Positions 1 to 13,192 of a stretch of 64,000 nucleotides of DNA are shown here, in pieces. The notes under the pieces were generated by a model. The model ran no database searches and was not told where the DNA came from. It saw nothing but the letters and a program-made list of their open reading frames with translations. Within the stretch, counting starts at the first letter, position 1; each line of letters opens with the position of its first letter. Source of the stretch: Octopus bimaculoides (Eukaryota); contig NC_068982.1 in NCBI RefSeq assembly GCF_001194135.2, forward strand, positions 157,912,902-157,976,901. Reading direction: 5' to 3'. Position numbers and translations under genes: made by a program.

Positions 1-554
1 GATTCTGATGGGAATTATTGGACTAGCGATTTCATCACGATTTATTTTTATAATCATAGAATAATTGCTTTTCAATACTTGTTATAACTACTACAAGAAA
101 ACAACTCCTAAATGAAAATAAATATGTAATATTTGTGTGTGTATGCGTGTGTATGTGTTTTTCTGCGTGCGTCTGTGTGTGTATGTCTGTATGTTTGTAT
201 GAAATTGCTTGTAAGTGTATACATGAATACACATATATGTGTTCATGTGAGTGTGGAAGATGGATAAACACACACACACATACATACATACATATATATA
301 CATTATATATATATATATATATATATAGTACACAAGCATATATAGATACAAACACATTCAAAAAAGCATAAATGTTTTCTACTCTTAACTACTGTAGATA
401 AGATGGGACACATTTTGTGTTGATAAGAGCTAGAGACAGAACCATGTATCCACGGTTGTCGTATTAACTCCAGAAAGTAAGCCTGTCGTTTTCCATTATA
501 GCAAGTCAACTCTGCTAACAAGAACACATGAACACTACTGTACAAAACATTTAA

Positions 555-990
555 GCTGATAGTTTTTTGTCAAGGATATGGAAGGTACTTGTCCACACAG
601 TTGTTTGAATTTCTGTGAATAATGGGTCGCCTGGGATGTTATCCTCATGTTTCTGACATCCGCTTTTTATTCTATAAAGGTATCTACAATAACTGGGATA
701 CCACATTTTTGTATTTTAATTTCTAAATCCTTATATTTAATGAGCTTGTGAATTTCCTTGGCAGATATATTCTTATCACTGGAAACTCATATCTACCACT
801 TTACAAGTGTCTTCTTTCTGTCTTTAAGGAATATATTCTGGTCGAGTAGCTTGGATTGTCGATCAGCCTGTCTGTTGACAGGAATACTCTGGATCATGGT
901 GACATTTTCGTCTTCACTTAGTTGCTCGGATTGGTGTTCATATCATTTAGCAGGAGTGTCGATTTGGTAATGCTTGCATATTTCTCAATA
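555..990 (-). mobile_element. Decayed 3' end of R4/Dong-like (restriction-like endonuclease) non-LTR retrotransposon
   Basis: Frameshifted minus-strand translation ...VDMSFQ/DKNISAKEIHKLIKYKDLEIKIQK...PVIV...IPGDPLFTEIQ...HIL. This matches the IDxSxPxDxN...EKxxKYxDL C-terminus of these LINEs. Confidence 0.7.
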
Positions 991-1030
991 AAAAAAAACA
1001 TCCCCCTACCTTCTCGCGTCGATTTGTATA

Positions 1031-1313
1031 TGTTGCTGCTTCGTGTAGAAATCTAGGCAAGCGGGATCGCAATCACCACTATGATAACAAAGACGAACAA
1101 TGGTTAACATTTTTGGAGTCATTTATTTTCTACTCGTACGTAACATCGTGCAGGCGTACCGCGTGTATATGCAAATGTATAAGTGTGCACATGCACGATG
1201 TTACGTACGAGTAGAAAATAAATGGTTCCAAAAAATTAAAACCATTGTCCGGCTTTGTTATCACAGTGGTGATTATGAACCCGCTTGCCTAGATTTCTAC
1301 ACAAGCAGCAACA
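1031..1313. repeat. Long inverted repeat (about 122-bp arms, 39-nt loop), MITE-like
   Basis: 1031-1152 is the reverse complement of 1192-1313 with scattered mismatches. The innermost 33 bp are perfectly complementary. Confidence 0.9.
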
Positions 1314-2644
1314 GTAGAAAAAACTTTGTCGGCTTATCATTCTAGAAGGAACAGAAAATTGGTCACACTGGCAGAAAGCCACGTTCGCAGTAATATGAAG
1401 TAACCAAAAAAGAACATTCATGGATGACAGCTGGTTTTCTGAGATATAGATGGACACAAAAGGGACGCCACCCACTCCTTTTTCTGAAAACAAAACAACC
1501 TCGATCCCAGATACAAACCGGAAGTGACTCACTTCCGACAAGTTGTGAAAACTAATACTAAATAGTAATACAATAGACTTATCGTTGGAGATAACAGTAT
1601 ATTTGTTTGGTATTAGCACAGAATTTGTGGCAGAATTTGTACTTTGGTCTTCCATAATTTTTAAGAATATCTGCCTGGTAATTTCTGATAAACAAAGTTT
1701 GTTCTTGTGTAGCCTGTATAAAACAATACGCCAGTATGATACAGAATACTGCAGTCTCTACTTTCAATCCTGAACTCCTCAGCAAAAGAAGAGCTGTGTA
1801 TATCGCTATTATATATTAGATAATCAAAACAACATACTACACGAGAGCAAGGGGCTTACAATATCCCATATTAACAAGTTGAACATACTAGTCTCAATTT
1901 TTGACCTAGCAATGAAAGCAAGTTTTGTTGCATAAAAATAAGCTTCATTGTCAATCCATACAATATGGAGAGACTAACATTAACAAAATCGTTATCTAAA
2001 GACCCTGGTCTGAAAAATAGTCGACACCAAGCAATGAAGGACATTTATGATAACATGCTACAGATGATTATTTGGGTGGTCCTTCCAATGAAAGATTCAG
2101 AACAGGTGGAGAAGAGAGCGGAGCAAAAAGTTGATGACGATAGTCAGACGATAAAATTGTAATACTTTGGTTACATTTTCGAGGTTCAGATCTTTTGTTT
2201 GTGTCCGCATCATCGGGGACAGAATAGTTGACAAATAAGCTCATGTGCAACAAATACCAAGATGAACCGAAGAAGACAGAATTCTGTTGAAGTGTATGAC
2301 AACAATACAAGATTGCAGTGTGTGGTGACGAGTGATAATTATGTCTGAGGTTTTCGGCACTCAGTAATGAGGATGAGGATATTCATACATTCATGCCTAT
2401 TTAAATGAGTTGATAGTCAGACGTACATAATTTCGCTCCATAGCATCAGATCAGACTTGGCTCGATATATATCAATGTCTTATGAAACCACTTTCCATTG
2501 ATGGACAATAAATCTTGTTTCAATTATGCAGAAATAAAGATTTTCATCTGTTCGGTTTGTATGATTCCTTATTCTCATCTTTGATACACAAAACGAGAAA
2601 TATTTAGAATAATTCTATCTAATATTTATCTTTATCTTCTATTC

Positions 2645-2835
2645 TTTACTTGTTTCAATCATTTCACTGCGGCCATGTTGAGGCACCGCCTCGAAGCGTT
2701 TTCGTCGAAGAAATCAACCTCATTACTTGTAGTTAAACTTTCACAGTGTTTTGCCGAACCGCTAGATTAAGAGGACGTAAGCACACTCATACTGGTTTTC
2801 GAATAGTGGTGAGAGACAAACACAGACAGAAAAGA

Positions 2836-2892
<57 letters not shown>

Positions 2893-3065
2893 TTATATAT
2901 ATACGACGAGCTTTTTCCGTTTACCAAATCCACTGACAATGCTTTGTTCGGCCCGATGCTAGAGTAGAAAGAAGACACTTGCCCGAGATGCCCCGCAATG
3001 GGATTGAACAACTGAGCATGTGGTTCAGATGCAAACTTCTTACCACACAGCCACGCCTACGCCTA
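2645..3065 (-). mobile_element. SINE family with an internal (TA)n/(CA)n microsatellite
   Basis: Recurrent unit tttacttgtttcagtcatttgactgcggccatg...microsatellite...aatccactcacaaggctttggtc...ggttgggaagcaag. Other copies or parts at about 5160-5280, 38748-38910, 39471-39628, 50743-50960 plus 51818-51965, and 55785-56240. Confidence 0.75.
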
Positions 3066-3608
3066 TATTATTTATTAAAGATTTATATTAAGGTATCTAT
3101 GTGACCCGAGGAAGTGCTTATGTATTTGGCCTATGGAATCTTTTGCTATATTAGAAGGGGTATTTAAACCAGGGGTACAAAATGAAGCAGATAATATTCC
3201 TTCTATTTATATTAGTGTGTGTATTATAGAATGATGCATGTATTATATTATACGTTTGAAAGTTTTACCATTATAAAAAGAATGTTGCGAAAACTATCTA
3301 ATAATAATATTCAGAAGTTTTATTCTTAAGACTATGAGAGGGTGAATGCTTAGTTTATTGAAGTAGAGCAGCTCCCCCTTGGGTTTTCTGTAAGTAATAC
3401 ATTTACTTGTGTTTAAGTGTAAAGTGATGTCCAAGAAATTAGCATGTTTTATAAAGATGTAGCTGGCAATATTCAGACTAAATTCTCTAAAGAAAACTAT
3501 TAAGTAAATTCTGAAATCATATAAGTTGAACCATATGCGTAGGGGTGCGTTTATAATACATATGCACTCTTATCTATCTATCTATCTATCTATCTATACA
3601 TGCATACA

Positions 3609-3643
<35 letters not shown>

Positions 3644-3695
3644 GTATATTTATGNNNNNNNNNNTATATTTATGTATATACACACACACACGTAC

Positions 3696-3750
<55 letters not shown>

Positions 3751-4016
3751 TGTGTGTGTGTGTGTGAGAATATTTATGCATGCACTTATGTGATTTGCAT
3801 ATGTATATTTAAGCAAATAAGCATTATATAGAAAAGAAATATATGATGCGTGTATCCGAACAAGAGTGTTCATCTCATATTCCTATATGACACTAATACA
3901 ATGCCCCCGGTTCGTATGAATTTATGAATAAATGTATACACATACATATATATACATACACACACACATATATATAATATATATATATATATATANNNNN
4001 NNNNNNNNNNNNTATA

Positions 4017-4149
4017 TATAAAGAGAGAAAAGGATAAAGAGAACAATGGCAAAGTTAGAAATATATTTTATGGATAGAATATATTTCTTTATCCATAAAA
4101 TATATTTCTAACTTTGCCATTGTTCTCTTTATCCTTTTCTCTCTTTATA
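4017..4149. repeat. Perfect 60-bp inverted repeat with 13-nt spacer
   Basis: 4017-4076 is the exact reverse complement of 4090-4149. It lies a few bases from an N gap. Confidence 0.95.
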
Positions 4150-4419
4150 CATACACACGCTAATACACGACCTATGTTATAATCCTCACTCATGTTTATA
4201 CAACGAAAGGGGCAAAGCTAGCCGGTATACAGCACTTACTCGGTATTACCTGTATCTTTGGGTTTGGTTGAATCCAATACCCTTCATAACCTTATAGTTT
4301 TAGCAGCACTGTGGCCTTCACCTCAGGCCCATCCTCCGTATATGTATATGTATATATACATATATTTATTTTCGTATGCATCTATGTATATGTATGTATG
4401 CATAAATATATGCATGTAT

Positions 4420-4473
<54 letters not shown>

Positions 4474-5750
4474 NNNNNNNNNNNNNNNNNNNNNNNNNNN
4501 NNNNNNNNNNNNNNNNNNNNNNNNNNNNNNNNNNNNNNNNNNNNNNNNNNNNNNNNNNNNNNNNNNNNNNNNNNNNNNNNNNNNNNNNNNNNNNNNNNNN
4601 NNNNNNNNNNNNNNNNNNNNNNNNNNNNNNNNNNNNNNNNNNNNNNNNNNNNNNNNNNNNNNNNNNNNNNNNNNNNNNNNNNNNNNNNNNNNNNNNNNNN
4701 NNNNNNNNNNNNNNNNNNNNNNNNNNNNNNNNNNNNNNNNNNNNNNNNNNNNNNNNNNNNNNNNNNNNNNNNNNNNNNNNNNNNNNNNNNNNNNNNNNNN
4801 NNNNNNNNNNNNNNNNNNNNNNNNNNNNNNNNNNNNNNNNNNNNNNNNNNNNNNNNNNNNNNNNNNNNNNNNNNNNNNNNNNNNNNNNNNNNNNNNNNNN
4901 NNNNNNNNNNNNNNNNNNNNNNNNNNNNNNNNNNNNNNNNNNNNNNNNNNNNNNNNNNNNNNNNNNNNNNNNNNNNNNNNNNNNNNNNNNNNNNNNNNNN
5001 NNNNNNNNNNNNNNNNNNNNNNNNNNNNNNNNNNNNNNNNNNNNNNNNNNNNNNNNNNNNNNNNNNNNNNNNNNNNNNNNNNNNNNNNNNNNNNNNNNNN
5101 NNNNNNNNNNNNNNNNNNNNNNNNTATATATATATATGTAACATACATACATATGTATACGACAGTCTTTCTTTCATATCCAGTCACAGAGCTTTGGTTG
5201 ACACGAGGTTTTGTCTGAGACGCAGTGGGACTGAACTCGAAACCATGCGGTTGGGAAGCACACTTCTTAGCACGCAGCCTTATCTGTGTGTATATATATA
5301 TATCCACGCTCATACGCATTTAAGTATGTATGTATATATCATATACATGTGTGTATGCGTATGTATGTGCGTGTTTCTTGTTTGTTTGTTTGTTTGTGAC
5401 TGTGTGTATAAAGATATCCCTTATTTAATGCTTTAAGAAGAGAAGCATGCCTGAACGTAACAAGGTAATCAAGAGTGATATAGAGAAAGGGTTGAAGAAA
5501 GTACAGATCATGTATTTCTGTAAGTAGAGATCATATCTTTTGGTCTGACATCTGACATAAAAGCATACAACTTAACGTAATCCATTAAAAGCAATTGAAT
5601 ACCAAGCGATAGTCATAAACTTTGTAACTGTTTAGGTATCCTATTCAACCCACTCTGCAAGCATTCTCACTCATAAAGCTTGTCTAAGAAGCCTTGAAGT
5701 GGTTTCAAACTCCGAATCGCATAACTGAAAGGCCAATTAGTTAGCATGAC

Positions 5751-6304
5751 TATACAAACTTTCAAAATGTGTCCGACTATATTTTTCCCCGCCAAAACTA
5801 TAGTCACGAGGGCAATAGTCTTTGGATGGAAGGTGGCACCACTCTTTCTACGCATGTCTGAAAATTCTTGCGCCCGTAGGTTGCATCAGTTCCCGGCTGT
5901 TACGCCTTGAGTACAGACGTGTAGTGCGCGCGTTGGATTTTTCGTTTTTACCGAACGCATCAAGTATAAATATTGCCTCACGTTTTGCCCAAATTTTGGT
6001 AATATTCAAGTACAAACAAGCTAGAAGATTCAGCGGGCCTTCGTGATGATGTCATGGACAATACACAGATCAACTTCTTCAAACATGGATGCAATGCACC
6101 TCAGTGGAGCGCGTGGTACGCTCAGGCAGGCTATCTAGAAGCCGAAACAAGCATCCGATTGAGAAGGTTCGGCGAATAGTCATGGAAGATCATCGTATAG
6201 CAAACCAGGAAATTGCTAAGGAAGTGGGAGTATGCACAGGATCAGTGCATTCCAATTTTTCACTGGATTTGTTCATACGGCGAGTGTCGGCGAAATTCGT
6301 TCCC
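5751..6304 (+). mobile_element. Mariner transposon remnant (5' part)
   Basis: ORF 6089-6406 contains RSGRLSRSRN...IEKVRRIVMEDHRIANQEIAKEVGVCTGSVHSNFSLDLFIRRVSAKFVP, the mariner second HTH plus the WVP-like linker. It is truncated at AKFVP by a Penelope-like sequence. Confidence 0.85.
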
Positions 6305-6314
6305 ATACATGATT

Positions 6315-7300
6315 TTTTTCAAATTTCAGAAACAATGTTTTGCTTTTATGTTTATTTGATATCACCACCTCGGAGTTTCTATTTATCACATTTTCCCTGG
6401 ATGTAATGATTTCCAGAGTTTCTTCTAGGCATAAGTTGCATACCAGTGATGTTCTATTGTATGGTGCAGCATTTTTATAATGGACCAGTTGGTCGTATGC
6501 TCCACTCCATTCTGTTTGAGTTCCCAGACGATATTCGATAGTGATGCGTAGTGCCTTTTATTTGTATTGGGAAATTATGTAAGATGTTTATATAGACGAT
6601 ATTTCATGGTGTCTCCGGTCTCCGGTGCCACCAAAGTATTTCTGCGTGCCTACCTTCATATTTGTAAACAAAATTCTTTATGACACAGTTGTTGTTAAAT
6701 CTGAATTCTTCTTTACCTCTACAGTTACATTAGATATTATTTGTTTCCTTTCTACCAGCGTAGTTACTAATAGTGGTCCTCTTTCTTCTTTCTCCTGTAA
6801 TCGTACTACATTCAGGGAAAACGTGGTAAATAGATATTCCAAGGTGCTCATAGCGTATAAACATAAAAACAAAACATCGTTTCGGGAATTTGATAGAATT
6901 GAAACGGAATCACATCAACCACCAATTGTATATTCTAGAACAAGGAAGGAACGCAAACAAATAAACAAACCAACTAATATTTAGGATGCTATACACTATA
7001 CCAATAAAAATAATTCAAAGGTCATCCTAGGAAAGTATCATTTATCAATTCAGACAATAAACCTCAACAGCTGATGGGTGTAACAGCTGACCTGTTTACT
7101 TCAGAATTCATTGAAGATAGTCATGCCTTAAATGAGATCGCTTTCCATCACCTTCCTATCCTCTCCACCAAATACGCACAAATACATGCATAACTCAATC
7201 AACCTTCGGACTGGTCAAAAGGAATAAACATCCCTCTGTTAAACATCCATTAATGTTATATCGCCTGAAGAAACGAATCCGTGAAAATGATCAACCCGAT
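6315..7300 (-). mobile_element. Penelope-like element remnant: GIY-YIG C-terminus (minus strand) plus inverted pLTR-like copy (plus strand)
   Basis: Minus strand 6320-6760 reads, with frameshifts, ...LSNIVWELKQNG...WSII...APYN...CNLCLEE. 6319-6400 is inversely repeated at 6812-6893 with 15 mismatches in 82 by manual alignment. Confidence 0.75.
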
Positions 7301-7311
7301 GCCCATGTATT

Positions 7312-7543
7312 ATTTCTTTACTACCCACAAGGGGCTACACACAGAGGGGACAAACAAGGACAGACAAACGGATTAAGTCGATTATAGCGACCCCAGTGCG
7401 TAACTGGTACTTATTTAATCGACCCCGAAAGGATGAAAGGCAAAGTCGACCTCGGCGGAATTTGAACTCAGAACGTAGCGGCAGACGAAATACCGCTAAG
7501 CATTTTGCCCAGCGTGCTAACGTTTCTGCCAGCTCGCCGCCTT
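7312..7543 (-). mobile_element. SINE of the gagctggcagaaacgttagcacgccgggcg family
   Basis: Near-identical to the plus-strand copies at 33358-33590 and 62653-62885. Shorter relics occur near 32735, 33130, 42840, 49440, 54940 and 60460. Confidence 0.85.
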
Positions 7544-10095
7544 GTATGCTACGGACTACACCGTAATCATCCCAGGAATACGGACTGTGGAAACGCGTGT
7601 AGCGATCCATTAAATTCCATCCAAAGATTATTATTATTNNNNNNNNNNNNNNNNNNNNNNNNNNNNNNNNNNNNNNNNNNNNNNNNNNNNNNNNNNNNNN
7701 NNNNNNNNNNNNNNNNNNNNNNNNNNNNNNNNNNNNNNNNNNNNNNNNNNNNNNNNNNNNNNNNNNNNNNNNNNNNNNNNNNNNNNNNNNNNNNNNNNNN
7801 NNNNNNNNNNNNNNNNNNNNNNNNNNNNNNNNNNNNNNNNNNNNNNNNNNNNNNNNNNNNNNNNNNNNNNNNNNNNNNNNNNNNNNNNNNNNNNNNNNNN
7901 NNNNNNNNNNNNNNNNNNNNNNNNNNNNNNNNNNNNNNNNNNNNNNNNNNNNNNNNNNNNNNNNNNNNNNNNNNNNNNNNNNNNNNNNNNNNNNNNNTAT
8001 ATATATATATATATATATACTCTTGTACATACAAGCGTATGTACATGCATATTTATGTCTGCAAATATGTGTATATATATATATATGTAGGTATGTCTAT
8101 ATCTATCCAATATGTGTGCGTGTGTATATCTGTGTGTGCGTATGTCTATGCGAGTTCCAAGTTGTAGGCCTGTGTTTTGTATCATTTCCCAGAAAAGTTC
8201 ATTAACTATGTAACTTTTCTGCAATTTGTTCCTTTTAGCTTGTGGCTGAAGAAAAATATCGAAACTATTGTGTAGCATGAAGTACTGGTTAGAGAATTCA
8301 GTAAATTAGAGTAATTAGTGTGAAAAGATCTAGGCGTGGCTTAACATAGACGCAGGCATGGGTTTGTAGTTATGAAGTTCGCTTTATCCAAAATGTAGTG
8401 GATGCTTGTGACTTTACTTATATTTGGTATTAATAAAGGTGAACGAAGCTTGATATAGTGGCAACAATTTCTGTGTACGTGTGCGCTTGCGCGTGTACAT
8501 GACTGTGTGTGGTGTGTTTGTGTAAACATATGTATATATATATATACATATATATACATACACACATATATTTATTTGTGTGTATGTGTGTGTGTCTGAA
8601 TGTATGTATGTATGTATGTATATATTCATCAAAGAATACAGTATTATAAATCTTTTGCATTCAATCTTAACAACAGGTTTCGCACAGGATATTTTATAAC
8701 ATGGCGGTTACCAAGTGCATACATACATTTCGGAGATGGCAGATATATATGTATTTTAAAAAAACCTAACGACTGCTCTCTTTTTATTGTATCGGTATTC
8801 TAGTAATTATAGTTTATATATGAATTCAGTGTATGGATGAAAAGGAAATCCAGTGAAGATGCTTAGAAATATTTTTCCAATTAATTGGAAATTTGTATTT
8901 TTTCAATGCGCAGAAATGGGAGAAAAATTTCTAATAGGAAGTGCAACGTTGATAAAAAAGCAATGTGGATCACACTTAGAATATTTTCTTTGTACAGAAA
9001 TTGTGTGGTTTATGAGTGAATGATATACCTTCAACCAGGAAATGAAACTGCCCTGCATATATGGTTAAGCAGATTACCACTAAGTATACAGGATTAACAA
9101 TTTACTACTCAGCATGTTAAACTTATATATAACATGCAAAATAGCTGCTAAGAGTTGTAAAATTTATGCTTTTCCCAATAATATTATTGATGTTTAAGTG
9201 AAATAACGCGAGGCATTCTTATTCTTGCTCAGTTGAATGTTATCCCATTCGAGCAAAGTTACACCCCAAAATGCGTCACAGTCGTGAACATGCTGCATTT
9301 ATTGAAGCACACTTTATGTAGGATTACATGAAAAAATGTGCACTTCTAATTTCATGATGATGAAGCATGATTTCAGGAAAGTTTAGCTGATATTTCTAGA
9401 TACGAGGCTGTTTACATGATAGTGTGTTGTTGATGGTGTTAGTAGTCGTGTTGGTGGTGGAGATAGTGGTGGTGGTGGTAGCAGTGGTAGTGGTAGGGAT
9501 GGTGATGGTGGTGTCGTAATTGCTGTTTAGCCCCAGAGTACTCCGAGCAAGTTTATGCTCTTCCTAGGACACGCTCTGGCAGTACCCACCAAGTATTATT
9601 TTTTCAGTCAAAGTGTATTTAGAACTATATAATCAAATGGATTTTTCCCCCCTCTGAAGGTTTGGTCACTATTTCTAGCTGGTTTACCACCACATCGGAG
9701 AAACCTCGTTGACTCATGGGCAACATCAATTGATAATTGAATAACATACGGTGAACTTTAGAGAAAAAATACAATAAAAATATCAAAGAAACCAACAAAA
9801 AAAACATTTTGTCAGATGTTAAAGATATAGGAAGAATACAAGCATAGTTGTTTCATTGTTTTTAAATAAAATAATGGAATGGTTAATACGTTCAAGAATG
9901 CTAAACAAGAACATACTTTCTGAGAGGTAGTTGACGAAGCAAAAATAAAGGTATAAGCAATATAAAATTTGAAAGAATAAAACAGCAAGCATTAAAAAAA
10001 AATATAAAAAAATATAACCTCTACGTTACAATACACTACATTACAAATACATACAAAAACAGAAACGTAACAAAAGAAATTTCAATAGCACTTAC

Positions 10096-10158
10096 CAAAA
10101 GCACCTTGGCAAAATAATTCTTTACGCTTCTTAGTTCTTTTGCATGAACCACAATTTG
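10096..10158 (-). CDS. ADAMTSL5: ADAMTSL5-like exon (63 bp, phase 1-1): start of NTR/C345C domain
   Basis: Splice sites gtctggcag|CA and TTT G|gtaagt. Encodes xNCGSCKRTKKRKELFCQGAF, matching the CxxC...(Y/F)CxxxF start of netrin-like modules. A phase 0-1 exon that I could not find is needed between this exon and 19778. Confidence 0.75.
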
Positions 10159-11107
10159 CTGCCAGACATGATGGAACACAATGAATAAGTATTAAAAAAA
10201 ATAATAAAACAGTTTTCTAAAACCTAAAACATTAAAAATATTAACAAAAAAAAAAGGGAACATCACTTAGATATCTTTCAGAGAAAAAAAAAAAAAAAAA
10301 AAANNNNNNNNNNNNNNNNNNNNNNNNNNNNNNNNNNNNNNNNNNNNNNNNNNNNNNNNNNNNNNNNNNNNNNNNNNNNNNNNNNNNNNNNNNNNNNNNN
10401 NNNNNNNNNNNNNNNNNNNNNNNNNNNNNNNNNNNNNNNNNNNNNNNNNNNNNNNNNNNNNNNNNNNNNNNNNNNNNNNNNNNNNNNNNNNNNNNNNNNN
10501 NNNNNNNNNNNNNNNNNNNNNNNNNNNNNNNNNNNNNNNNNNNNNNNNNNNNNNNNNNNNNNNNNNNNNNNNNNNNNNNNNNNNNNNNNNNNNNNNNNNN
10601 NNNNNNNNNNNNNNNNNNNNNNNNNNNNNNNNNNNNNNNNNNNNNNNNNNNNNNNNNNNNNNNNNNNNNNNNNNNNNNNNNNNNNNNNNNNNNNNNNNNN
10701 NNNNNNNNNNNNNNNNNNNNNNNNNNNNNNNNNNNNNNNNNNNNNNNNNNNNNNNNNNNNNNNNNNNNNNNNNNNNNNNNNNNNNNNNNNNNNNNNNNNN
10801 NNNNNNNNNNNNNNNNNNNNNNNNNNNNNNNNNNNNNNNNNNNNNNNNNNNNNNNNNNNTATACACACACATGCACACACATACGCACACATATATTCCA
10901 GTTAACATACAGAGTGTATATTCTCAATACATATATATGTAATTTAAATATAAAAATCACATTTTATTTTGCTGTTATTTTGAAATTTGTTATTTATTTA
11001 TTTATTCTCTAATTTACTATCTGTCACAAAATGTTGTATAGGTCTGTAGGACAAAACAGTCCGATCAAACGGATCTTTTGAGAAGAATTTCTTCGGAAGG
11101 AAACTGA

Positions 11108-11173
<66 letters not shown>

Positions 11174-12428
11174 AGTATGTGTGTGTGTATCTATGCATTT
11201 ATTACACCCCTCCACACACAAACACCCAACCACACCCGCACACTCACACACACACATGTATCTGTGTATTGCACCACACAAAGCTCTCTCGTTATTTTAG
11301 ATAATTAACACGCACTGACAATGAAGATATTGCTGGGCAAATGAGGTAATATAAATCGTTAGAAAACGTACATACATACACATATACGCACATACATACA
11401 CAGATAGATGGATAGACATATAGGTAGATAAATAGATAGATACATGCATATATACATACATGCGTGAAATACATACGTTCATGCAAACATACATTCATAC
11501 CTACACACATACCTATGTAAGATGATGACTCATCCAAAATAAGTATATGGTATTGAGTACTGCTTTTTCCGACTTCATACACGCGCGCGCACACAATACA
11601 CAGTCTCTCGCACACACACACACACACACACATATGCATAAATATAATTTTGTGGGTATGCGCGCGTGTGTCTGCATATGAGTGTGTGAGTATCCATACG
11701 TGCCCTTACATAAATCTATTTCAGTCACGGCTTTGTTTTCCTTCACAAATAAGGAGAAGAATACAAGTAATGCCCCAAGATCTACTGAACTACATTTGGA
11801 AAGTTCGACAAATTGAAGTAAAAATTCAAGATCCACTTTAATATTCTAAAATGTATCTAAAAGTGTGTTAAGCTTTTGAAATTTATGTAATTCAGGAAAT
11901 GATACTAATTAATTTGAAAAAGAAAACTATTTAAATGTATAAGTGAAGTAAATTTTCATAAATTCTCTACAAAGGCAGACACATCAATTCCTTCTTGCCT
12001 TCTGCAAAAGCCCACGGCCTTGGGTGCACAACAAGCTGCATTTATAAAAATATATTGGTAAATGCACAAAGTATTAATTTTTTTCGAATTGGTATTTTGA
12101 ATTTTGACATATCCATATTTTAATATTTAATGTAAGGGAATTTATCAATATCGCAGATGCAAGAAACTTACGCTTCATTGCAATATAATGTACATGCATG
12201 CGCAACTAGAAGTTGTTTTTTAGAGAGCCTTTTTTTGTCTGTTATGCGGTTGTATTTGAAATATGTCTAATGATTATGTGAAAAGTTCTTGCCTGAGACA
12301 TGAAACTTTAAGTCACGGAAAAGTTAACAATTACCATGCTACAATATGTGCTTGGGTATGGTAGAGGGCGGAAGAGATAAAGAGAAAGAGATACAGACAG
12401 ACAGAGAGAGAGAGATTGAAAGAGAGAT

Positions 12429-12474
<46 letters not shown>

Positions 12475-12892
12475 AGCGTGTGCGCGCATGTGTTTCCTTG
12501 TACGTTTGCACGCAAACATACATGCATTAGTTGATATGGATAAAAATCTGAAAGGGAATTGATGAACGCTGCTGTCAGAGGTTCATAACGCCGGTTAGTT
12601 TCTTTGATGCTTTCCCTTAGATTGACACAGGAGAAGTAAGGGTAAGAAACAATGTTTTTTCTTATTTTTGCCTCTTTGCCAAGACATATAGATATGCCAA
12701 GTAAAATACGTGAGTTGTCTCGAAAGTAATATATATATATATGTATATATGTATGTATGTATATCATACCATTATTGAAAACGGACGTTAAATGATGATG
12801 ATGTATGTATGTATATATATATATATGTACATATATATGTATGTGAGTGTATTTATATATATCTGTGTGTGTGTGTGTGTGTGTATGTAAAC

Positions 12893-12951
<59 letters not shown>

Positions 12952-13145
12952 TGTAGTATGTAATATGTAATTATATATCAGGAGTGAACGCATGGTAATG
13001 TATAAAAACTCCAGAAGAAAAAAATGCTCAATATGTGGTGTATTGAAATAAATGGAGGCATGCAATGCCGAGTACTTAAGAACTTTGATTCGCCATAGTA
13101 AATCTCAGATTCGATCCTACTGCAAAGACATTTGGTAATGTCTGT

Positions 13146-13192
<47 letters not shown>

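Noticed and set aside
303-545. Minus-strand ORF ending ...HKMCPILST as a possible continuation of the NTR domain
   Set aside because: CPIL resembles the NTR CPxL motif, but the spacing, the upstream residues and the donor site do not fit. It also abuts a LINE 3' end.
4258-5436. Longest ORFs in the track (also those at 7335, 10241, 19105, 21172, 27655, 37581)
   Set aside because: They are open only because they cross N gaps and dinucleotide repeats.
9625-9770. Strong pyrimidine tract and acceptor (ctctaaag|TT) in the right phase after the NTR exon
   Set aside because: The translation VHRMLFNYQLMLPMSQRG... has no NTR features and there is no convincing donor.
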